Assembly (NCBI GenBank): GCA_045612585.1
Contig: JAZKZI010000048.1
Coordinates: forward strand, 2,797 to 66,796
Reading direction: 5' to 3'
DNA length: 64,000 nt
Origin: Christensenellaceae bacterium
GTDB taxonomy: Bacteria; Bacillota; Clostridia; Christensenellales; Borkfalkiaceae
Shown here piece after piece: positions 57,315-64,000 of this stretch. Each line of letters starts with the position of its first letter. Position 1 is the stretch's first letter. Under the pieces are notes generated by a model, which made no database searches, was not told the origin of the DNA, and was given only the letters and a program-made list of their open reading frames with translations. Position numbers and translations under genes: made by a program.

Positions 57315-57920
57315 ATGAAGATTAAAGATGCTGTTTTTATAACAAGCGTTGCAAGTGTTGATAAGTTTTATAAAACCACAAAGCCTATAATTGCAGTTGC
57401 AGGAAAATCAAACGTGGGCAAAAGTTCGCTTATCAATATGCTTGCTAATAAGAAAAAACTTGCCAAAACTTCTACCACACCAGGCAGAACAAGGCTAATA
57501 AACTATTTTGATTTTGGTGACTTTGTGCTTGCCGACCTTCCGGGCTATGGTTTTGCAAAAGCACCAAAAGAAGAAAAGCAAAAGTGGGGAAGACTTCTTG
57601 AAACTTTTTTAGGCACGCAAAATATAAGACTTCTTCTTTCGCTCGTGGATATTAGGCACGAGCCTACTAGTGACGACAAAATGATGATAAATTATTTATA
57701 TCATTATGCCGTGCCTTTTGCACTTGTTGCAACAAAGGCAGATAAACTTGCAAAAACTAGAATTAAGCCAAGAATTAACGAGATTGCATCATCTCTCAGG
57801 GTGGGCATCGGTGATATAACTGCCACAAGTGCAGACACAGGTTATGGCAAAAATGAACTTTTAGATATTATTGAAAAGGCTATTACCTTAGAGCAAGAAC
57901 AAATAGAAGAACAAGACTAA
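57315..57920 (+). CDS. engB: Ribosome biogenesis GTPase EngB/YsxC
   Basis: GKSNVGKSSLIN, DLPGYG; lon-ysxC synteny. Confidence 0.93.
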   Translation: MKIKDAVFITSVASVDKFYKTTKPIIAVAGKSNVGKSSLINMLANKKKLAKTSTTPGRTRLINYFDFGDFVLADLPGYGFAKAPKEEKQKWGRLLETFLGTQNIRLLLSLVDIRHEPTSDDKMMINYLYHYAVPFALVATKADKLAKTRIKPRINEIASSLRVGIGDITATSADTGYGKNELLDIIEKAITLEQEQIEEQD

Positions 57921-59269
57921 TGGACAACAAAAAACTATTTTTACATACAAAACCTTTAAGATTATTCTTAAAAGCGGCAATCCCCGGTGGTATAAGCATG
58001 CTTATGATGTCAGTTTACACCGTATTCGATGCCATATTTGTTGGAAAGTTTGTTGGTAGTGTGGCGCTTGGTGGGCTAGGTCTTGCCATGCCACTTGTTA
58101 TAATCAACTTTTCGCTTGCAGACTTAATTGGCGTAGGCTCATCAGTGCCTATCGCCATTTTGCTGGGTAAAAAAGAAGATAGAAAAGCCAACGAATACTT
58201 TACATATGCAACCCTTTTAATAATTTTAACAGGCATAGTAATAGGCGTGCTCTTATATTTTTTAGCGCCAAGCTTTATGTCGCTTGTGGGGGCTAAGGGC
58301 GACCTTGCTATGTATGGCGTAAAATACGCAAGGGTATATGCATTATTTTCGCCAATATCAACGCTGTTTTTCGCCGTGGATAACTACCTAAGAATTTCAG
58401 GCAAGATAAAAACGAGCTTGCTAATAAACGTGTTTATGAGCATAGGCACAGTTTTAATTGAGCTTTTATTCGTTGTTGGTTTTAACTGGGGAATACAAGG
58501 CGCAGCATTTGGCGCAAACGTTGTGTTAGTGATTTGTATTGTTATAGCATATTCCTTTTTCTTTACAGGCAAGCTCCAGTTAAAGTTTGTTAAATTTAAG
58601 GCAAACGCAAAAATGTTAAAAGAAATTGTGTCAAACGGCACGCCTGCCTTTTTAACAAACATTGCAGGCAGATTATTCTCAATAGTAATGAACATAATGC
58701 TCATAAAATTCGGTGGGGATAACGCCGTTGTCGTTTATGGCTTGCTGTTTACTATTGGTGGCATTGTAGAGCAAATGCTTTATGGTGTGCTCGATTCGCT
58801 TCAGCCAGCAATCGGCTATAATTATGGTGCAAATGAAAATCAAAGGGTTAAACTTCTTGTCAAATATTCTTTTATTGCAGGGGCAATAATTTCTGTTTTC
58901 TTTGCCATTTTAATGCTTGTAATTCCAAAAACTTTGTCAAGTGCCTTCTTAAACGATTTTTCGCTTTTAGAATACTCGGCACACGCATTAAGGTTATTTT
59001 CTATAGCATATATATTTAAGTGGATAAGCCACACAATTCAAAGTTTTTTACTTGCCATAGAAAAGCCATTGCCAGCCTTGGCAATTTCACTTTCAATATG
59101 CTTGGTTTTCCCACTCTTATCAATTTTAGTGCTTTTACCACTAAAACTCAATGGTTTGTGGCTAAATTATACTTTTGCATCAGCACTATCGGCACTGTTT
59201 GCTGTAATTATCCTTTTAGTCATGAAGAAAAACTTGTTTTCCACAAAAGAGCAAATAAAAGAAGATTAA
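57920..59269 (+). CDS. MATE-family efflux transporter
   Basis: 449 aa, 12 TM helices, typical N-terminus PGGISMLMMSVYTVFDAIFVGKFVG. Confidence 0.88.
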   Translation: MDNKKLFLHTKPLRLFLKAAIPGGISMLMMSVYTVFDAIFVGKFVGSVALGGLGLAMPLVIINFSLADLIGVGSSVPIAILLGKKEDRKANEYFTYATLLIILTGIVIGVLLYFLAPSFMSLVGAKGDLAMYGVKYARVYALFSPISTLFFAVDNYLRISGKIKTSLLINVFMSIGTVLIELLFVVGFNWGIQGAAFGANVVLVICIVIAYSFFFTGKLQLKFVKFKANAKMLKEIVSNGTPAFLTNIAGRLFSIVMNIMLIKFGGDNAVVVYGLLFTIGGIVEQMLYGVLDSLQPAIGYNYGANENQRVKLLVKYSFIAGAIISVFFAILMLVIPKTLSSAFLNDFSLLEYSAHALRLFSIAYIFKWISHTIQSFLLAIEKPLPALAISLSICLVFPLLSILVLLPLKLNGLWLNYTFASALSALFAVIILLVMKKNLFSTKEQIKED

Positions 59270-59292
59270 CTATAAATTAAAATTCGCAAAAT

Positions 59293-59325
59293 AAAAATGA
59301 CTGATTTAAATCAGTCATTTTTTTT
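59293..59325. terminator. Bidirectional terminator
   Basis: atgactga-tttaaa-tcagtcat with A5 before and T8 after. Confidence 0.85.
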
Positions 59326-59340
59326 ATACAATTAAAATAA

Positions 59341-60018
59341 TTAGTCGTATTTTTTGCCGTAAAGTTTGGTTCTGATTCTAGGGAGTGCCGTTTCTGCACT
59401 GCCAAGTGGTTCGTTTGCATTGCGATAATCGTGTTTGTCGCAAAACTTTTTTAAGTCTGATTCAACCCTTTCAATGCCACGGAGTTGTGCGCCACTTAAA
59501 ACGTTAACGTAATTTTTTGCAAACACGCTTGCACTGCTAGCATATTTAAGTAGCATAGCATAATGATGCATGCAAAATCCTTTGCAAGAAATCAAGGTTT
59601 TATAAAAATCTTTTTCTTTAACAAACATCTGTGCAATAGTTTTATAATATTTTGTCATACTTTCTTCAACAAGGCTACATATAACGCAAGTTTTGCTAGC
59701 TTTTTCAAGATATTCTGATTGTTTTTTTGCACTTTTTAGTGATTTAAGTTCTGTTAAACCTTGTTTTAGCACCTCAGTTCTTGTTCTTATTTGCAAGGCA
59801 ACCGAAAGTTTGTTTTGTCTTGAAAAAAGCATATCAAAGTGTCTGTCGCAAAAACCAAATTTGCCGACTTTAATTCTAGTGTTGTCTTCCATAACGGCAT
59901 CGTTTAAGAATTCGTGCAAAAATTGCTCCTCAACAATTTTTTTAATTTCACACAGTGGACACTCACAGTCAACGTTAAATTTTTCTATTATTAAACCTGT
60001 ATCTATATGATAATTCAT
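59341..60018 (-). CDS. Cys-rich hypothetical protein (possibly DUF6062-like, memory only)
   Basis: CECPLC...FCDRH...CVIC...CKGFCMHH cysteine/histidine clusters; 225 aa. Confidence 0.65.
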   Translation of the reverse strand: MNYHIDTGLIIEKFNVDCECPLCEIKKIVEEQFLHEFLNDAVMEDNTRIKVGKFGFCDRHFDMLFSRQNKLSVALQIRTRTEVLKQGLTELKSLKSAKKQSEYLEKASKTCVICSLVEESMTKYYKTIAQMFVKEKDFYKTLISCKGFCMHHYAMLLKYASSASVFAKNYVNVLSGAQLRGIERVESDLKKFCDKHDYRNANEPLGSAETALPRIRTKLYGKKYD

Positions 60019-60104
60019 GTTTTTATTATATCAAAATACTATCAAAAATTCAAGCAAATACTTGAAAATTTGTGTTTATTGTGCTAATATAAGGTTAATA
60101 TTAT

Positions 60105-60932
60105 ATGTATAATAAATTTTTAAGGGGAAATATAGTGACAAAAAAATTAGGGTTTGCTCTTGGCTCAGGTGGTAGCCGTGGCGTTAGTCATATAGGCTTT
60201 TTAAAGGCAATGGAAGAAGAGGGCATAAAACCAGATTTTATAAGTGGCGTATCTATGGGGGCTGTTGTTGGCTCGTGTTATGCAAAAGGCTTAACTATAG
60301 AGCGTATGATAAACATTGTTAAAAATCTAAAACCATCAGATATCTTTGATTTTTCGCTTAATCCACTTGGTGGAGCGTCGCTACTTCGCTCACAAAAAAT
60401 GCAGAAAAAAATAAAACAATTTTTAGGAAGCGTAAAATTTTCAGAATTAGAAATTCCTTTCACGTGTGTTGCAACCGACGTTATTTCGGGCAAAAAAGTG
60501 CTTTTGGGTGAAAATAAGCAAGACAAGGTGTGCGAAGCAGTTGTTGCAAGTGCATCAATTCCTTCAATATTTAAGCCTGTTTCTAAGGACAATTATTTTT
60601 TAGTTGACGGAGGGGTTGTTCAAAGGGTGCCTATTCAAGAAGTTAGAGATATGGGGGCAACTGTGGTTGTTGCCGTTGACGTTTTAGGTGAAATAAGACC
60701 ATGCGATAAGAAATATAATATTTTCACCTTGCTCTCTAGGGTATTTGAAATTACCGACAACGAAATTACTGAATATAAAAAGAAACAACAAAAATCTGAC
60801 CTATATCTTTTGCCAGAGCTTGGCAACATGAACCAATATAAGCTAAAAGACATTGATTTTGCAATTGAAAGTGGATATAAATTGGGAAAAGAAAACGCTA
60901 ATAAAATAAAAAAGCTTTTAGCAAAAGAATAA
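60105..60932 (+). CDS. Patatin-like phospholipase
   Basis: GSGGSRG oxyanion motif, GVSMGA (GxSxG) and DGG; a GTG at 60135 with SD aagggga is an alternative start. Confidence 0.85.
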   Translation: MYNKFLRGNIVTKKLGFALGSGGSRGVSHIGFLKAMEEEGIKPDFISGVSMGAVVGSCYAKGLTIERMINIVKNLKPSDIFDFSLNPLGGASLLRSQKMQKKIKQFLGSVKFSELEIPFTCVATDVISGKKVLLGENKQDKVCEAVVASASIPSIFKPVSKDNYFLVDGGVVQRVPIQEVRDMGATVVVAVDVLGEIRPCDKKYNIFTLLSRVFEITDNEITEYKKKQQKSDLYLLPELGNMNQYKLKDIDFAIESGYKLGKENANKIKKLLAKE

Positions 60933-61020
60933 ATTTAAATTTTAAGTGTAAATTTTATTGCGATTTTGTCTGTTTTATGATAATATATCATAGATAAAAA
61001 ATTAAAGTTTATACTTTATT

Positions 61021-61096
61021 GCTGGTGTGGCTCAGTCGGTAGAGCAGCTGATTCGTAATCAGCAGGACGTCAGTTCAAGTCTGATCACCAGCTCCA
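61021..61096 (+). tRNA. tRNA-Thr (anticodon CGU)
   Basis: Hand-folded cloverleaf: acceptor gctggtg/caccagc, anticodon stem gctga/tcagc with loop ttCGTaa, T-loop ttcaagt, encoded CCA. Confidence 0.9.
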
Positions 61097-61127
61097 AAAA
61101 AAGCAAGGCTTATAGTCTTGCTTTTTT
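61097..61127 (+). terminator. Intrinsic terminator after tRNA-Thr
   Basis: gcaaggct-tat-agtcttgc followed by T6. Confidence 0.75.
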
Positions 61128-61144
61128 GTTTTAAAATTAACTTA

Positions 61145-61173
61145 TTGACAAGAGCAAAGGTTTGTAGTATAAT
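61145..61173 (+). promoter_or_regulatory. Consensus sigma-A promoter of the polysaccharide locus, followed by a 9-bp 5'-terminal hairpin (61178-61199)
   Basis: TTGACA (61145-61150), 17 nt, TATAAT (61168-61173); gtgtatgct-taaa-agcatacac. Confidence 0.6.
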
Positions 61174-61240
61174 CAGTGTGTATGCTTAAAAGCATACACG
61201 TGTGGTAAAAGAAGTATTAAGGAAATAATTTTTAGACATT

Positions 61241-62386
61241 ATGAAAGAGAAAAAAATAGTTTTTTTAACAAATTATTACAATCATCATCAGTCGGAAGTG
61301 GCAAAAGAGTTTTATGCACTTACCGATGGTGATTTTTTATTTGTTGAAACTGAAGAAATGTCTGATGAAAGAAAGAAGTTGGGCTATGGCGATTGGGATA
61401 AACCACAATACGTTTGCGCTTATGATGAAAAAGTTCAAAAGCATATTGATATGGCCGAAGTTGTAATTTATGGCTCAGCACCTTATAGTTATATAAAAAA
61501 AAGACTTAAAAAAGGAAAAATGACCTTTATTTATTCTGAACGCTTATTTAAAAAAGACGTGGGTAAATTGGGCATGTTTTTGCGTAAGGTTAAAAATTAT
61601 TTAAATTTTGGCAGATATAAAAACTCGTATTTGTTATGTGCAAGTGCATATGCATCATACGATTATTCAAGGGTTTTAGCATTTAAGAACAGAAGTTATA
61701 AGTGGGGATATTTTCCAAAACTAAGCGATTATGAAGACGTTGATGGTTTGATTAAGGATAAAAAAGAAGGCTCGCTTTTATGGGTGGGTAGACTTATTGA
61801 TTGGAAACGTGCCTGTGATGCAATAAACGTTGTAAAAAGATTAAAAGAAAATGGCTATAACGTGACCTTAAACATTATAGGAAGTGGGTCACTTGAAAAT
61901 GAAATAAGGACTCAAATTGAAAAAGAGAACTTAGGGGATTATATCAAAATGCTCGGCTCTATGAAGCCTCAGCAAGTTAGAGTGTATATGGAAGAAAGTC
62001 AAATTTATCTATTTACGTCTAACTTTAACGAAGGTTGGGGTGCAGTTTTAAACGAGTCTATGAGCAGTGCTTGTGCAATTGTTGCAAGCCACGCAATAGG
62101 TTCTGCACCATATTTAATTGAAAACGGAATAAATGGATATATTTATCAAAACCAAAACGAGCAAGACTTATATAACAAAGTAAAAAGCTTGTTAGATGAT
62201 GGTGAAAAAACACGTGGGTTTGGCAAAAAGGCATATCTTACTATGAAGAACTTGTGGAACGCAAAAGTTTGTGCTAAAAGATTTATAGAGTTGTGCAAAG
62301 TTTTAAAAAGTCAAAAGCAAGCGAATTTATTTGAAAGAGGACCTTGTAGTAGGGCTGAAATATTAAAAAACGATTGGTATAAATAA
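61241..62386 (+). CDS. Glycosyltransferase (GT-B fold, GT4-like)
   Basis: C-terminal half LLWVGRLIDWKR...FTSNFNEGWGAVLNESMSSACAIVAS is typical of the retaining GT4 EX7E region. Confidence 0.8.
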   Translation: MKEKKIVFLTNYYNHHQSEVAKEFYALTDGDFLFVETEEMSDERKKLGYGDWDKPQYVCAYDEKVQKHIDMAEVVIYGSAPYSYIKKRLKKGKMTFIYSERLFKKDVGKLGMFLRKVKNYLNFGRYKNSYLLCASAYASYDYSRVLAFKNRSYKWGYFPKLSDYEDVDGLIKDKKEGSLLWVGRLIDWKRACDAINVVKRLKENGYNVTLNIIGSGSLENEIRTQIEKENLGDYIKMLGSMKPQQVRVYMEESQIYLFTSNFNEGWGAVLNESMSSACAIVASHAIGSAPYLIENGINGYIYQNQNEQDLYNKVKSLLDDGEKTRGFGKKAYLTMKNLWNAKVCAKRFIELCKVLKSQKQANLFERGPCSRAEILKNDWYK

Positions 62387-63910
62387 ATGATTGATAGTAA
62401 AAAGCAAATTAAAATAGGCGCAATTCTTTCTTACGTTGCAATAGTTTTCAATATTGTTATGGGTTTGGTTTATACGCCTTGGATGATAGAAAAAGTTGGA
62501 AAAAGTCAGTATGGATTATACACACTGGCAACTTCGCTAATAACTTTTTTTGTTATGGACTTTGGCTTATCTGCCGCAACTGCAAGATACGTTGCTAAAT
62601 ATAAGGCAGAAGAAAATCAGCAACAAGTAAACAACTTTTTAGGCGCTATATATAAAATCTATGCAATAATAGATTTAATATTGTTTGTTGTGCTTACCAT
62701 AATTTTTATTTTTATAGAATCAATTTACGTTGAGCTTACGCCTCAGGAATTAAGTCAATTTAAAGTTGTGTATTTAATTTCGGCATCCTTCACTTTGGTG
62801 AACTTGCCTTTTATAACCTTAAACGGCATATTAACTGCTTATGAAAAGTTTATTCAACTAAAAATTGCAGACCTTTTATATAAGGTTGTGCTTGTAGGGC
62901 TTACTATCGTTGGTCTTTTAATGGGTTGGGGACTTTATGCATTAGTTTCAGTTCATGCTATATCTGGAATTTTGATTATCATTTTTAAATTTTCGGTTAT
63001 AAAGGTGACCACACCCGTTAAGGTCAATCTAAAATATAGCGATAAAAAATTATATAAAGAAATAGTAATTTTCTCATTATGGGTGGCTGTTTCTGCACTT
63101 GCACAAAGGCTGATTTTTGTAATCACACCATCAATTCTTGGCATTGTTGCAAGCTCAACGGCAATTGCTGTTTTTGGCATAGTCACGCTTGTTGAAGGCT
63201 ATTCATACACTGTCACAACGGCCATAAACGGCATGTTTATGCCTAAAATTTCTAAAATTTATCTTGATGAAAAACCGCAAGAAAAACTTATGCCACTTAT
63301 GCTCAAAGTTGGAAAGTTTCAGTTTGCCGTTAATGGTTTAATAATAGTGGGGTTTGCAGTCTTAGGAAAGTCGTTTATAAATTTATGGCTTAATGGCGAT
63401 TCAACGTTTGACAGCGCTTATTGGGGGATATTATTAGTTATTGTTCCAGGGCTATTTTATAACCCACTTCAAGTTGCCAACACGGCTTTAACCGTGGCAG
63501 GCAGAGTTAAAGAGCAGGCATTATATTCAATAGCATATGGCGCTATAAACGTTATATTATCATTTATTTTAGCAAGTAAATTTGGTGTTTTAGGTGCGTG
63601 CGTTTCAATATTTGTTGCATATATGGTTAGGGCTATTATTTATCACGTTATGCACCAACGCATCCTAAGGCTTAATATTTGGTATTTTATAAGGAAGTGC
63701 TATATTAGAATGATGCCTTCTATTATAATATCGCTTGCAATAGGTTTTGCTATAAACTATTTCATTTCTGACGTGGGTTATATAAGATTTTTTATTAAGT
63801 GCATAATTGTTGCATCAATTTATTTACTTGCAACACTTTTCTTGTGTTTTAATAGAGAAGAGAGAAAGGGCTTTTATCAAAAGACAGGCAAGATTTTTAG
63901 AAGAAAATAA
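62387..63910 (+). CDS. Polysaccharide/oligosaccharide flippase (Wzx, MOP superfamily)
   Basis: 507 aa, about 12-14 TM helices, adjacent to the glycosyltransferase. Confidence 0.8.
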   Translation: MIDSKKQIKIGAILSYVAIVFNIVMGLVYTPWMIEKVGKSQYGLYTLATSLITFFVMDFGLSAATARYVAKYKAEENQQQVNNFLGAIYKIYAIIDLILFVVLTIIFIFIESIYVELTPQELSQFKVVYLISASFTLVNLPFITLNGILTAYEKFIQLKIADLLYKVVLVGLTIVGLLMGWGLYALVSVHAISGILIIIFKFSVIKVTTPVKVNLKYSDKKLYKEIVIFSLWVAVSALAQRLIFVITPSILGIVASSTAIAVFGIVTLVEGYSYTVTTAINGMFMPKISKIYLDEKPQEKLMPLMLKVGKFQFAVNGLIIVGFAVLGKSFINLWLNGDSTFDSAYWGILLVIVPGLFYNPLQVANTALTVAGRVKEQALYSIAYGAINVILSFILASKFGVLGACVSIFVAYMVRAIIYHVMHQRILRLNIWYFIRKCYIRMMPSIIISLAIGFAINYFISDVGYIRFFIKCIIVASIYLLATLFLCFNREERKGFYQKTGKIFRRK

Positions 63911-63931
63911 AAATTATTAAGGAAGATATTA

Positions 63932-64000
63932 ATGAAAGAGATAACTGAATTAAGAGAAATTCAAAAGATAGAACTTGATATCCTAAAATACGTTGCAGAT
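63932..64000 (+). CDS. 5' fragment of a probable LicD-family phosphotransferase (continues past the window)
   Basis: Only MKEITELREIQKIELDILKYVAD is visible; the L-R-x-I-Q-x-x-E-L-x-I-L pattern is typical of LicD N-termini. Confidence 0.4.
   Translation, partial: MKEITELREIQKIELDILKYVAD

Overview
AT-rich, low-GC (by eye) chromosomal segment of a Bacillota/Clostridia-like, probably spore-forming anaerobe. Product calls come from motifs and gene order I recognise, not from database searches. The window is mostly core genome with a strong plus-strand bias. It carries central carbon genes (GTP-PEPCK, transketolase, PPDK, class II Fba, GAPDH, an aconitase-family enzyme) and groES-groEL behind a CIRCE operator. 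It also carries proS, mnmE, uppP, mgtE, lon-engB, uvrC, rarA, tex, alr-rsmD-coaD/ylbJ, and the Bacillus-like block yqfC-yqfD-yqfF(HD)-ybeY-era-(yqzL)-recO. Two single tRNAs are present (Arg-CCG, Thr-CGU), and a cell-surface polysaccharide locus starts at the right edge. I saw no rRNA, CRISPR array, transposase, integrase, prophage or recognisable multi-gene defence system. Four things stand out. (1) A modular, non-coding, MITE-like repeat with terminal inverted repeats sits right behind groEL and again behind gap; its sequence changes preserve base pairing around a conserved ~30-nt loop. (2) The 45.3-51.9 kb stretch interleaves core genes with XRE regulators, two of which are tandem-HTH proteins each divergent from an orphan small protein, with shared 10-20-nt motifs in the intergenic DNA. 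(3) An unannotated 52-aa Asn/Cys-rich hydrophobic peptide gene with a perfect SD lies divergent from an ArsR/SmtB regulator. (4) Several structured leaders and operators and a Cys/His-rich domain-ArsC fusion are present. None of these is proven to be a new system; all are hypotheses with explicit tests.
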